NCBI GenBank assembly: GCA_040954595.2 | Contig: CM082595.2 | Location: forward strand, 6,748,193-6,812,192 | Direction: 5' to 3' | Length of the DNA stretch: 64,000 bases | DNA from: Balanoglossus misakiensis | Taxonomy: Eukaryota; Animalia; Hemichordata | The notes under the pieces: generated by a model | Databases searched by the model: none | Seen by the model: only the letters and a program-made list of their open reading frames with translations | Told to the model about the DNA's origin: nothing | Made by a program: the position numbers and the translations under genes | Shown here: piece after piece, positions 16,209 through 29,849 of the stretch | Numbering within the stretch: the stretch's first letter is position 1 | Layout of the letters: the number at the start of each line of letters is the position of its first letter

Positions 16209-19200
16209 ATGCCAGCTCTGTTAGAAAGGCCTAAAATGACCCAAGCTATGGCTGCGGCCTTGAAACATCACATTTTGAAGGAAAGGGAAAGGAAGCGGCA
16301 AGGTACGGTGGGCTTCACTTGAATGTGTCAGACGTGTGTGTTTACCCTCAGGAGGCGTGGTACTGTGTGTCTGTGGGGGAGGAGTCAGTGCTCAGTAAAT
16401 TTTCCTTAACGGTATTATCACAAAAGGGCGTCCAGTTCTGTCGCCGGTCACTTTTCCAGTGCCAAACGAGACGTTATTTTACGTTTTCAACGGCCTTTAT
16501 CACAATAGTGAGTTTATTGTTGTCGACATTGATCACCAAAACAATAGCGTGATCACGGTTATTTTTCTAGCAGCCATTGCATGATCAAGTATATAAAACA
16601 GGAAATAATGCGGGTTCAGTGGATTTTGCTTGTAAATCAATTCATTTGTCAATGATAAATCTCCATGTGATATGTAAAAGGTTAGATTGTATTGATGGAC
16701 TGAAAATTGACTGAGAATTTCAAACGTCCCCTGTTGGGTTGTACAACAAAAAATTACTTCACACACTAAGCAAGCATACTCAAAGAATTGTTTAACATGT
16801 GTAATCATAACAGCTAAACACATGAACCATCTTTCTTTTGAGTAGAAGAAGAGGAAGCTGACAAGGCGATTGAGAGAAAGAAAGAAGAAAGGGAGAGAGA
16901 GAGGAAGAAAGCTGAAGCAGAGTCTTTGAACTTGGAAGAGACAAGAGAAGAGGTAAAAAACTAGTGGGTTGGAATTTTAAACTAAATTAAATGTCAATAC
17001 AACATTCTTGTACCTGTAATGAGATACAGTATAGATAAGTTACCAACTGCATCAGCTCTGAGATAGCAAATTTAACACTTCATATTCACATCTCAGCATT
17101 CAAATATATAAACAAATATCTCAAGCTACATAAACAACGCCATAAGCTATACAAACTATCATCTAGCTAACACTGCAGTAACTCATGTACTGTAACATTA
17201 CTGGCTGATGTAACATTGATTTGGGCTCACTCTATCAATCTCACACTTCCGGTGACCTAGACTGTGAGAAAATCATGTCTGATCTTCACAGATCCAGAAA
17301 TTAGAAGATAAACTGAAAGAGCTGCAGCATCAAAAGCATGAACTCTTCCTTCAACTGAAGAAGGTCTTGAATGAAGATGAAAACAGAAGGAGACAGAAAA
17401 TAAAGGAGCAGAGGTAGGAAGATTACTGCAAAGATCCTCGTGCTTAAAGGGACAAAGTCTCTCTCTCTTTCTGGCCTTTGATACCAGACACCTTCCCCAT
17501 TAATGTTTGATACAAGACACCATTTATGTTAATTAATGTACATGTGTATATGTAGTGAATGAATGTTCAACCACACACAACTTCCATCCCGTTTGTATGA
17601 TATGAGAGTAAAAGTCTCACCAAAATGAATAAATAGTACAAACTGATTATTCATTTTGGCGAGTTTTTCACTCCTGTGTCTACAAGTGAGTTGGAAGTTC
17701 TCTATATATCTACATGGACATTAACATAAACGGTGTCTTGTATCAAACATAATTAATGGAAAAAGGGCAGCGAGACAGAGACTTTGTCCCTTTAAATATT
17801 TTTTTCAGTCCTCACTAGATATTGTAATCTGTGTGCGAAAAAAGTCCAATTTTATTTTGTATCTTTTATTTTTTCAGCGAACGTGAGTTTATTCACCCTA
17901 GCATGAGTCATCCACAATACCATCAAAATTTGACGATGGCTGGACCACCGATGATGGTACATGGTAAGAGATATTTTAGCCGATTCAGCTCCAAACATGG
18001 GAAGCTTCAACCAAACAGTTGCAAATCCCAGTTTTGTTGTGGCAATGTCATGACTAAGTAATACATGTACATTGAAGTCCAAGTTTATATTAATAATTAA
18101 CAATGACATCGCCTGTGCTTATGACAGATCCAGTCACTGGTGTAAATCTGGACACATAATAAGATGGAAAGTGGAAATCATGCCAGCATAGGTTTTATGT
18201 TGGTGGCCATGCAAAAAAAGTACCCCACAACATTGTCATCAGAAGTCTGAGACCTGTCTTTTCTTACCATATATGGGCATATGTATATTACAGATTGTAT
18301 GAATTCCTGTAATGCATTTCAAAGCACCCTCACTTCAATCATTTCATGCATAACTTTTTACAGATACCCAACATAAAATTTGTTTTCAGGTCATATAACT
18401 GCAGGAAGACCAGCACTGCTGGGAGACTCCCCCAAAGGACATATTTACCGGCCACAGACTCCACCTTCACAAGCAGTTCATGTAAGTAGTGTCATCCTCA
18501 ATGACCTGTACAGAAAATAGTTTTCAGAACGCTCTCATCTCCAAGATGTACCGTTGTAAAATACTTTGATTTAGCAGCATGCTTTTTAGCGAATGTAGAT
18601 TTGGGGTTTAACCCTAATGCTACTGGGTGTCATACCTGTGTAGAGCGTCAAGTCCCTTAAAATACGTATTTGCCACTTTTTCTTCTAAAACGTATGGCTC
18701 TCATACATACTTGGACACACTTAGCAGTCTGAGCCCCCTGTAAAATGTACCAAATCGCACTGGTTTGCACTGTATTGGTCTGAGGGTCTTGTATAGGCCC
18801 TACTGATTAACACGCACTTGGCAGTCTAACAGGCCTGGGAGCCCGGATTCTAGGCATCCTGGAAATCAAACCAGTTTCAACTGACTTGGAGGCGTTTGGG
18901 ATACTGAGTATGCTCATTTTTTGTTTTCCCTCCTACTTGGCAGCCTGGTGTGAAGAGACCTCGGAGCCCCTCACCACCGGTCGTACAGCTTTACCCACAA
19001 CGACCGAGCACTCAGGGAGCGTACGCACAGAACCAACACCACAGCAGTTACGCCGCCCACCAGACTGCCCACACCTCTTACCACGGCGGTCAGCACCACA
19101 GCCAGGCTGCTGCTGCTGCTGCCCCATATCAACAAGGTAGGGATTTACTCTCGGTCACACTTAGAGCGCGTAGCTCGTCTCACACGCATGTTCCAGCTGT

Positions 19201-22090
19201 AGCCGCTGGTTACAGACGTTTAGTGAACAGTCAATCCCATAAGGCAGTGCTCTGTCCTAACAACAGAGAAGATGGCGGCGGCCATAATCTGTGTCGGAGA
19301 TCGGGAAAAGACACTAGCTTGGGTGAAAAGGAGGGACAAATGAAATATGGAAGGAAGAGAAGGCAGTCCACTATTTGAAGGCATCGAACGGACAATTTGC
19401 GGGGAAGTTACGCGCATGCGCGTGAGACGATCTATTGCCTTTAACTGTACATCTCAAAGTGTACTTCCATAATCCCACTTTCTAATAAACACAGAATCAC
19501 ACATACACCCTGCTATGACAAATCCAATGTTTTATTAGCTCGATACTGATGTGTGATAAACATAGTTAGATTCCTCTCCAAAATTAATCTACTCAAAAGT
19601 TTTGATTTTGCGCACACATAACTTTAATTAGCTACACCACAGGTCATTTGAATTCAAGGTTACATTCAACCTCTTCTTATTTTCTGTTTTTTTTTTCCCC
19701 AAGGTCATTCCAGCTACAGTGGAAACAAGTCCAGTAATAACTATCCCAACCAATCACACGTTAGCTACCCAGGTGCACAGCAACAGGCGTCGCACAGTAA
19801 CTACCCAGCCACCCAATCAGGAAACAGTAAATACACCAGCAACCAATCAGCTTTCTCGTCCTATCCTGCTCACTACGTGCCACAGCAGCCACAGATGAAC
19901 GCTCAGAATTACCAGTTGCAGCAACAGCAGCGTAAGTTCTAGGGCAGGCACCCCGGGAGAGTTACTGACTGGACAATTACCCTAACCCAATCGTGACAGG
20001 GGAGTCTGTGGTTACTCTCCAGGGGGCGACGCTCCTGATACTGTAACACTGAACAGTTACAAGCCATGGTTTGGTTTACTTCAGTAAGCTGAACAACACC
20101 AAAAATTCAAAGTCAACAGAAGTAATAGTGTTTGTCACCCCCCCCCCCCCCTCCCTCCCTGACTCTTTCACCCCCAGTACACTTTACAGAGGTCCAACTT
20201 TACCACACAAAACAATGAATGTGGGCCAAACCATTGGGGTGAAAGTGTAAAATGCACTGTGTGTTTTATTTTATAGGTTACATGCAACCCAGTGGTCAAC
20301 ATGGACAGCACAGTTCAAACATGTCCATGCAACAGCAGTTAGAACACGCCAACCAACAGTCAGGGTTCTCTGAAGAACAAGGCCACTATAAGTTGCCTCA
20401 GGTTAGTGTGTGTAGAATCAACATCTTGTACTTCGTCCTCTGTGTGTGTCTGTATTTCCTCAGCATGACAAAAGATCAGGGTCAAATGATTGGGTGCATC
20501 ACTGGGCCTGTGAGCCAATGGCTCAGCAAAGGGGCTGGTATCATGGGTTTTTGTGCATGGGTCAGTCCATCTGTCCATTCTGAATATAATATCCAATATG
20601 TTTTTTGATGATTGTGGACACTCTGTTGATTGGCATTTTTGTTACATCTGTATCACCTTATAGGCAAACTGACATTTGTTTTTTTGCACCACTGTTTGTA
20701 GCACTGTTGAAAATTTGTAGGTCGCCTTTAATTGTTTGTAAACAAAATCTTGATCATGTGTTCTGCACTGGACGAATGTCACTTAAACAAAAATTGAGAG
20801 AAAAAATATGCAGGTTTCGTCATCACCTGACACTTTTGCTGGAATTTTATCTTGCAGCAGCAACAGCAGCAGGCAGCCCAACAACCGCAGGGACAAGCGC
20901 AAGCTCAACAGCAACACATCAGGCCCCTGGCACAGGGTCACCACGCAGCCATTCATCCACAGCAGTCCCATCAACCCATGCTCTCACAGCCATTACAACC
21001 TCAGATGCATCTACAACCTGGGAACAAGGTAAGGAGAATCAAAAACTTTCCCGGTAGTCTGGAATCATCCCAGTTTATAGTGTTCAATAAAAATATATTT
21101 TAAAGGTTGCAAAGCATGATGTCGACACTAGTGTGATGCAGTATTGAGGCCGTGCATAGATGCAGTTGTTCTGAAGCTGTAATTCTGAGACTAATGTGAT
21201 GCTCTGTCAATGAAAAGTTATGCGTGAATGCAGGCAGAAAGTGCACCATATTTGTGATCTGTATTCTAGTCTAGGTTTCTCATACACGACATGATGTACA
21301 CATAGTTGTTTGCTGTACAAATAGAACTGACACCTATCGCTTATGCTTACAGCCAAGCATAGTAACAGGGTATGCAGCGCGACAGACCAGACCGAGCTCA
21401 CCCATGTACCATCCCAAGCAACAAGCTCAACCACAGCACCAGCAGCCCCAACCACCACAGCCACAGCAGCATGGTGTAAGCAAATTCATATTCTGTGTGG
21501 TGCCATATTAAAAGGGGAAAGATGATATGTGAATCAAGAGAATGCCATTGACCCTATTACTTTCAACCAGTTAAACCTGTCTAAACCGAACACCAAAGGA
21601 ACTGAATAAATTGTTCGGTTTGTAGAGGTGTCCAGTTTATAGAGGTTTTTTTAACATGTGCTTCTATGTCAAAGGGACAGGAAAATGTGTTCTGTATAGA
21701 CAGGTTTCCAGATTAGACAGGGTTCTGTTTAGACAGGTTTTACTGTATATCAAATTGTCAATGTGATAAAAAGTAACAACCACATTGTATGTAATGATGT
21801 ACATGATTGTAGCAGTTACACTACTTTTACTTGCTAGCAGCTATAAGACCCATACCCACAGATGTGACACCGCTAACCTGAGTTGGTTTTCTCTATACAG
21901 TTTTTATTCCGGAATCCATGCTTGATGAACTGGTCTCAGTAGTTGAGTTTTGTCCAGTCTGAGACACTCTGTTCCGTTAATCACAGTCTTTTATTTGTTC
22001 TATTTTCAGGCCAGCTATCAGAGTCAGAGCCCCCGCCATGGACACCCAAGTACATATCTCAACCAGCAACCGTCGGGCAGTAGATGGTGA
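16209..22090 (+). CDS. GPS2: G protein pathway suppressor 2 (NCoR/SMRT-HDAC3 complex subunit)
   Basis: Exons 16209-16302, 16846-16952, 17292-17413, 17878-17963, 18390-18481, 18944-19136, 19704-19931, 20277-20401, 20858-21028, 21353-21475, 22010-22090. The N-terminus MPALLERPKMTQAMAAALKHHILKERERKRQEEEE...LEETREEIQKLEDKLKELQHQKHELFLQLKKVLNEDE matches the GPS2 coiled coil; the tail is Q/P/H-rich. Confidence 0.93.
17448..17791. mobile_element. Palindromic MITE with TTAA target (Kolobok-like)
   Basis: TTAA|AGGGACAAAGTCTC ... GAGACTTTGTCCCT|TTAA, with long internal inverted arms. Confidence 0.88.
21568..21745. mobile_element. Tc1/mariner (pogo/Tigger-like) MITE
   Basis: CAGTTAAACCTGTCTAAAC ... 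GTTTAGACAGGTTTTACTG|TA. Confidence 0.7.
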
Positions 22091-22432
22091 ACACAAAAAC
22101 CACCACCACAAGAGATTATATATACCATCCCTCCGCTTAACAGTACAGGTATCTGATGTCCCAGTCCCTCCAGTGGCCCCCAAACCCTGGGTGATGCAGT
22201 CACCCACTACTTGCTTGTGACATGGTAGTGGTGAACTTTGTCCTTTGCCCTTTGTTACCCTGTGTTTGGCCTGCTGCTCACAGAACAGAACATTTAAACT
22301 TGAAAGGGTGCAAAGTACGTATGACTGAAATTAAGACAGTGGAGATAACATAATTTGAACGCTGAGGCCATATACATAGGGAACAGATTTTAGTGGAGTG
22401 CACGTAACTTCAAGTGTATGTATATGTCTTAA

Positions 22433-22721
22433 AAAGGAAAAGTCTCTCTCTCTTTGCCCTTTTGACATTAATTATGTTTGATAAAAAATACTGTTTATGT
22501 TATTCTACATGTGGATAAATAGTGAATCAACGTTCAACCACACACAACTTCCATCCTGCTTGTAGACATGAGAGTGAAAACTCACCAAAATGAATTATTG
22601 ATCTCTACCGTTTATTCATTTTATTGAGATTTTTACTTTCATATCCTACAAACAGGATGGAAGTTGATTGTATCAAACATAATTAATCGAAATAGAGCAG
22701 AGAGAGAGAGACTTTGTCCCT
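22433..22721. mobile_element. Kolobok-like MITE copy
   Basis: Same family as 17448-17791, with an internal deletion. Confidence 0.82.
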
Positions 22722-23127
22722 TGAACTTAAAGGCATCACACATTGGGGGGGGGGGGGGGGGGGCTAGGATATTGCAAATGTATAAACTAAGCAAAACAAT
22801 CATGTAGGTAACACCAGTTCTAATGTGACTAACGCTGCCATGATAAACAGTAGTAAGTTACTGCTCTGTTTTTTGCATAATAAAAGTTATATGTAGTTAT
22901 CAGCAATGTATTATTTGCATATATTTTGCATATGCGTAATTTTGTAGTCATTTCAAATCTAAAAGTTGTATTTTTGAACACAGTAGAAATCATTAATGAT
23001 AAAGATTGCATATAATTTTAATAATATATGCATGATTTTAAATCAGTGTTTTCAAAAGCATGAGATCTGTTTTGTTGAAATCTATTTGCTGTCCTTAGTT
23101 TGCATAAAATTGGTTGTTGTCATGAAA

Positions 23128-23644
23128 AGGGACAAAGTCTCTCTCGCTGCCTTTTTTTCATTAATTAGGTTTGATACAAGACACTGTTTACGTTATTCTA
23201 CATTTGGATATATAGTGAATGAATGTTCGACCACACACAACTTCCATCCTGTTTGTAAGATATGAGAGTAAAAATCTCGCCAGAATGAATAAATGGTGAA
23301 CACCGATTATTCATTTGGCGAGTTTTTCACTCTCGTGTCTGCAAGTGGGATGGAAGTTGTGTGTGGTTCACTACATATACACGTGTACATTAACATAAAA
23401 AGTGTCTTGTATCAAACATAATTACCGTTAAAGTCATTTAATAAGACGCACCTTTTTTGAGTGACAGTGTGTGCCGAAAAGGGGGTGCGACTTATAATAC
23501 TAATGTTCTGTTGTATTCATTTCCTTAAAATCTCCTCCCAAACAAGTCTTTCAAAGAAGGGGTGTGACTTATAATACCGCTGCGACTTATAAAGTGACTT
23601 TAACGGTAATAGAAAAAAGGCAGTGAGAGAGAGACTTTGTCCCT
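23128..23644. mobile_element. Kolobok-like MITE copy carrying a nested insertion
   Basis: Same termini as 17448-17791, interrupted at 23425-23606. Confidence 0.85.
23425..23606. mobile_element. TA-target Tc1/mariner-type MITE nested in Kolobok-like MITE
   Basis: TA|CCGTTAAAGTCA ... TGACTTTAACGG|TA. The host element is continuous once this insert is removed. Confidence 0.82.
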
Positions 23645-24819
23645 TTAACAATTTGCACATTACTATAGTTGCATAAAATGTGTCCAATAGTGAATTGAAA
23701 GGGATAAACTTGTTGAGATGTGTTTCTGGTCACAAGAGGACACCTGTCAAGTAGCAGAGTTCAAAGTTTCGTGTACAGTTGGTGAAATAGTGATATGAAT
23801 GACTAAAGCCCTTGGTGAATATTATGCACAGAATTGTGTTGGTATTTTTGTTATGTAAGGTGAATGTCAGGATGTTTTTTAGTTCAACACATCAATGCGT
23901 TTCTTGTTTTTGGAATTTACACAAAGTGTAGTACCATTATGTCGTTTGAAGTCTTTGTTACTTTTTTTATTGTTGTCACCCCATCATTAATTTATTAATT
24001 TTTATTGTGGGTCCCATTTTAGAATCTCTTTTCATCATGTAGACATATATAGCCTGTCATCAAAAGTCATGGCTGGACTATAACAGGGTTCAACATTGTT
24101 ACAGGAAAATCTTGGATAGTCAGGTTGAATTTTGAGGCCACTACTAGTAAAAAAGTCCTTGGAAATCTTGGTGCACATTAAAATTGCTCAATTAGGGGCA
24201 AAATTGCCAAAATGGTTTTAGCTTTTGAGTAAAATTTTAGGTTCCTGTCGCTCTACTGAATATGGTACGTATTAGTAGGAAAGAGTGTATGCCTACCTTT
24301 GTGATTTGCATTATAATAGGCTGGGCTACAGCATGCTATGAGTTGAATAACTGGACCCTTGTATTCAGAAAAAAGGGGTGAGTCATTTGAGAATGAGACT
24401 CCAGCGTATTTGGGGATCTTTTTACAGCGTTATGTAAAAAGAGTCTGCCTATTCAAGATTTTACCAGGACCAAAAGTTTAGGTATGGTTACAAGGCCCAT
24501 TTGAAGTTTAGGCAAGGTTCTTTGCTGAAATTAAGCAAGCTGAGGATGATGATGATGATGATCATGTTTGAAGAAAAAAAACTTATTTTGGTAGTCAGAG
24601 TATAGATTTCGGCCATACAAATTCATTGTACAAATCGGTTGATTTATTTTTCGATGTCTGTAGGGGAATTACTGCACATGGATGATACCTTGTAATACTT
24701 GTATAATTAAGTACAACGAGTATTGTATTTTGTTTGTTTTATACGTTAATGTCCTGGCCGGTGACGTGAAGTAAAGACTGATTGAAAATCTCATACTGTA
24801 TACTGTTCTGTTCAAAATG

Positions 24820-24866
24820 ATGTATGTATGTATGTATGTATGTATGTATGTATGTATGTATGTATG

Positions 24867-24898
<32 letters not shown>

Positions 24899-25084
24899 TG
24901 TATGTATGTATGTATGTATGTATGTATGTATGTATGTATGTATGTATGTATGTATGTATGTACGTACGTACGTACGTACGTACGTACGTACGTACGTACG
25001 TACGTACGTACGTACGTACGTACGTATGTATGTATGTATGTATGTATGTATGTATGTATGTATGTATGTATGTATGTATGTATG
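24820..25084. repeat. Compound microsatellite (TATG)n-(TACG)n-(TATG)n
   Basis: Read directly. Confidence 0.97.
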
Positions 25085-25505
25085 CTTTTTGTACTGCAAC
25101 TGTAACTTTCTGTGGGTGTGTTGCTTATAAGGCAAGAGTATACCTACTGTCAGAAAGGATCGAATAAGCACTCTAAAACAAAGAGTTCAGTCCAAGAAAG
25201 TGAGATTAATTTATTCAGATCAACAGCCACCCGTGCTCCCGCTTCTGACACTCTAAAGACTAAAATAAATCACTTGTATACACAATTTTCGGGGGCAACC
25301 ACCAAATATCATAAATATACATTTCTCATTAATTTCCCAAATTTCTACTTCAAATAAGTTAACAGAAAGGCGATAGGCGGAAAGTTACTTTACAAAACTT
25401 CTTTTTGGTTAAAAGTAAAGCCTCTAAAAAGTAAAGTTTCTCTGAGTACGGTCAAAAGTACACTGACGTTTCTACTATTCGTGCACGTTTCCTTGGTTAT
25501 CCAAT

Positions 25506-26603
25506 TCATCCCTCGTCTTCTCGAAGCGACTTCACTTCTTCTGACGTCAGTCCGTCCTCTTTGGGCTGTTTTTTGCTGTCGCTGTTCTTCTTGCAGCTGG
25601 ATATCGCGACCACGACGGATCCCAGCACAACGACACCGGCACCGGAAAAGTCAAACGGTGTTAACGTGTATTTAAATAAGAACAAGTCGGAGAGATAGGA
25701 CACCACGAGTTGGATGTTCGAGAGAAGAGCGACGGTCGCCGCCGTTTCCAACTGCAGACTCTTATACCGCGTCCAGGTGCTGAAAAGCGTGCTGACGCAG
25801 ACGACGAATAAATAGCAAATGACGTTCGCATCCAAGTCCCACTTGGGCTGACCGACGAAGAACATCAGCACGCAGTTCATCAATGCCCCAACTACGCTGT
25901 TGTAGAACATGATCGCGTACACGTTCACCCGTCCACGAACCGCCCGTCCGATGATGTACCCTGCCGAGATGCCGAAAACGGACAGCAAAGTGAGCATATA
26001 GGCCATAGTTTCACTTCGACTCGGGGCTGTGTGCGCCGGAGCCAGGAACTCCGGTCTGGTGATGAGCAAGATGCCTACTGCGTTGAGCAGGGCGGCGGTC
26101 ACCTCGGCGACCCGGCAAAATTCTTTCAGGCACAGACACGCCAGCACGGCCGTTACTATGGACAAGGTACCCTGTATGATTGCGTTGATGTTGCCGAGGG
26201 GGGCCATGGGGAGCGCGTAGAGGAGGGCTATCGAGGCGACCGTTCCCACGGCCCCGTTGCCGACCAAGGCCAGCCGGTCCTTCCACGTCTGAAGACGCAG
26301 GTCCACCTGCTTGTACAGTATGAACGGCACCACCGTCGCCGTTCCCACCACCCCGGTCAGGAACTTGATCTGGTACTGCGTCACGCCCGCCCGCTGGGCG
26401 AACACGATGAAGACGGCGCTGACGGCGTACGAGATCCCGCTGAGCAGGGCGAGCGATACGCCGAGCGCGGAATCGATGCAACGGAGAATCGGACCGGGAG
26501 ATCTTCTCCTCTTCTCCGGGTGGGTGTTCCAGCTGAACAAATCGTCGTCGTCCGCGGAATCGTATTCGTGCCAAACCCGGACCAAGCTGAACGGCTGGTC
26601 CAT
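25506..26603 (-). CDS. Solute carrier family 35 member G-like (EamA/DMT superfamily) transporter, intronless CDS
   Basis: Long GC-rich ORF with about 10 hydrophobic segments in two EamA-like repeats (YALPMAPLGNINAII...LACLCLKE; GILLITRPEFL; SLQLETAATVALLSNIQLVVSY). First ATG is at 26603; the ORF is open to a GTG at 26687. Confidence 0.85.
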   Translation of the reverse strand: MDQPFSLVRVWHEYDSADDDDLFSWNTHPEKRRRSPGPILRCIDSALGVSLALLSGISYAVSAVFIVFAQRAGVTQYQIKFLTGVVGTATVVPFILYKQVDLRLQTWKDRLALVGNGAVGTVASIALLYALPMAPLGNINAIIQGTLSIVTAVLACLCLKEFCRVAEVTAALLNAVGILLITRPEFLAPAHTAPSRSETMAYMLTLLSVFGISAGYIIGRAVRGRVNVYAIMFYNSVVGALMNCVLMFFVGQPKWDLDANVICYLFVVCVSTLFSTWTRYKSLQLETAATVALLSNIQLVVSYLSDLFLFKYTLTPFDFSGAGVVVLGSVVVAISSCKKNSDSKKQPKEDGLTSEEVKSLREDEG

Positions 26604-29344
26604 GCCAACGCCGATCGACGTCGGAGACAAAAAACGCGAGGCAAACGGAATCACTCGCGATCCAATGTAATGAATTCCGCCAGGCACGACGATTTTTCAC
26701 TTAAATCCATTGAAAATCAATGCTGAACAACCGTGAATGCATTATTTATGACGAAACAACTTAAAAATATGCGATTCGTCGACTCTCCTTAGACATAATT
26801 ATCATATTCGTTTTGTTGTTACACTGATGAACAAGTATATGAATTTAATTGTTTCCGGTGAAATAAAAATATTCAATACCAAGGATCACCAGACACGCTT
26901 TTACCGACAAAAGATTTTGGTAAGAAAAAATATTCAAGCTTGGAAAAAAATTATGCTGCATTGACAAAGAAACCGGGACGTTTTCTTGGGAGTTTAGGAT
27001 ATTTTCAAGCCCGTTCGAAGAAACAAAAGTCATATTTTGAACATGCCAATAAAATTATGCCCGACAGGACCTCTTAGAGCGAGCGTATCACTCGTGAGTT
27101 ATCTGCGAGAGGAACTCTCACCGAATAAGATATTCCAAATCTAACGCGATGATGCAGCACTGCACGTCATCAACTCGACTGATGACTTTTTTTTCCATTA
27201 TTGAATCCATCATCCGCAAAGTCTGGAATTTTGCGCGAAAACAAGAAATCGTAATAACGTCGGTGATATATGGGAGTAAAACAAAACACCTTATCGGCTG
27301 GAATGGCTCCCCTTACCCTAAGCATGTACCCCCTGACAATCAATCATCCCCAAGAACTGTGAATAATTAATAATATGAATCAGTATTATGAACAAACAAA
27401 AAACCCAAATTTCTCTCGAGAGTTCGGTGCAGACAAGAGGGCGGAGAGGACGTTCCCGGCGGGAGGATGTTAACGAACCTGTAACATTTCTCAAATCCCA
27501 TGTGTCTTATCAAATTTTAATAAAAGCAATTCCTGAAATGTATAAACTACACACGCACTGAAACATTACACATTTTTGGGGATCCCACTTTCCGCTATTG
27601 CAATGCGACGCACGGCATTTTCGTTCACATTACTTGGCCGTTTTAAAATTCTACTGTGCTTTTTTCGGTCGATAAATCAACAATGAAGTGCATTTCTGAT
27701 GTGGTCATCTCAGAAAGAAATGTCTACTTTTTTCAGGAAGGATGAATTTCGCGTTTTCATGTCTCTCTCTGCGATGCGTGATGATGTCAATTGTACTCGG
27801 CCGTCAACAGATGCTCATCCGTTGGGGGAAAGGGCCGGAATAAGCTGAAAAAGACTTTTCTGGTCTGGTCCGTAAACTAACCATTGCGTTTGAAGAATTT
27901 GCTACAGAAATATTTTCTAAATGAACTGGTGTTGGCTGATGTAGTCTTCCATTGAAATTGCCAAATTATTTGTATAAGATAAAGCCATTCAAAAATCATC
28001 GCTTATCACGCACTTAGTGATTTTTGTAATCGAGTATTTTCGATTACCGTTTTTAATGGTCTTGAGTCAATTATATGAAATATACACTGCCAGCCATGGT
28101 CTATGATGCTTTTCCAAGAAAGTTTGTCTAATTAAAAAACACCAGGATGACGTAAACGGTTATGATTTAGAATATCGACTGGTTTTCCCGAAATAAACGT
28201 TCGTGAAAACAATCACTCGGTTGTATTGATTTTGGTTTCCAAGGTGATCGATGTGTATTCCAAAAATTAACTAAAACCATTTGCGTGAAGACTTTTTAAG
28301 AATAAGGGATCGAAATTTCGATAGTCCGCATCCGGTCTTTACGCCTAATTGGATTTTTAAACGTTGTACTTTTCAGTTAATGATGGTTTTAACACAAGAG
28401 AAGCGTGGTACGTTCCTTAAACACTTAACTGTCACAGAGAATGATATGCGCATTTTAGCAACTTGTTTCAAAGTAGCCAGGACATTCAGTGCATATTGAT
28501 CATAGCAGGTTTAGTCTTTTCGCCACCACCAATATCATCATCATCAAATATACGTGTCGATTTCGATTTTACTAAACGTCCATTATTCCATCGACCGCTG
28601 GCAAGTTTGGTCGAATGTTATTCATGTTAACAATTTTGTGATATTAATGATTAACGACACTGTAACGATCAATCCTTATGTAAACGCAAGTTTTCTAAAG
28701 TCACTTCTGATCGAATGTACTTTTAGGATACCGGATAGACGCAAAGATGCATTGTCTTCTACTATAATAGCGCCAGAGTACTTTTACCTCGTCAATTTCC
28801 ATCTTTATGATTATGTGAACCACGCATTCCGTAGTTGTTCTGTTTATCGATCTATTTAGACCTGGAGAAATCATACTGCAGGGACGAAACGCGATTACAA
28901 GAAACGCTTGGTGTGTGTGTGTGTCTTTTTTAAATGACGGTTTTTAAGCCGGTGCAGGGTCAGCGATAATCCCTGCGCACCACCCCACTTCTCCAACCGG
29001 GGGTCGCACACCCGACTCACCTTGGCATCTACACGTCGCTGGGGATTTCCCGTAAACTAATGTCCTTCAGAACCATGTCGCACATAATCCGGCGGTCGTA
29101 TAAGTGAACCCCGGCGAGAGTTGCAGACGACACTTAGTGTCAAAACTAACAAAGTCTATCCATCATTTATCAGGCCAGCTCTTGCGGGGATTTTCTAGAG
29201 AAGAGCACAATTAAGCTTTTATGTTGTATTTCTTCAACCGGGGTGACCTCTTCGGTGTCTCAACGGACGGGATTCAGAACATTAAAGTGAATGAATATTA
29301 TTCTCTAATTTAGGAAATTCCTGTCGTTGCCGTCCTCGTGCTTA

Positions 29345-29456
29345 GGGAGCTTTCATTTATTATGAGCGGGGTGGGAGGAGGGTCACACTTTATGATGAAT
29401 CGTCCTTAATTCCCCCCCCCCCTCCGGCCCACCCCTCATAAATACGGAAAGCTCCC
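29345..29456. mobile_element. PIF/Harbinger-like MITE
   Basis: TTA|GGGAGCTTTC ... GAAAGCTCCC|TTA. Confidence 0.7.
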
Positions 29457-29849
29457 TTAAGTTTTACAGAAAATGAAGTAAATCAAACTCAAACTAAATA
29501 TTTATCATTCTCTCCGACAGGCATTTGCTTGAGCGTTCCCCGCGACGCGTAAACAGGTCTCAGGACGTCTTGACATCGAGACGTTGCGAAACTCGATCCA
29601 TGTACATGTACGTGTGCTTAAGTTGTGTGGCCGGGATAGGTACAGTCTTCAATTTAACATAAACTAACCTTGTGGTCTACTGCTATCGTGTTTCGTATCG
29701 AAGGCATGGCATTTGACCTACGTACTGCTTTTAGGCACGGAGCCCGCAACGCCCAGGGTCCTTGCTTTAGGCAATACGCACGGGCATACCAAGAGAGGGA
29801 CTTTCCGCTGCCGTAATCTGTCGTTCCCCCCACCCCCCTACCGTCGACC

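Noticed and set aside
24812-25171. ORFs of 93-119 aa (MYVC/HTYI repeats)
   Set aside because: They are translations of a stop-free microsatellite.
26011-26726. 229- and 231-aa ORFs overlapping the SLC35G-like gene
   Set aside because: They are shadow frames of a GC-rich CDS.
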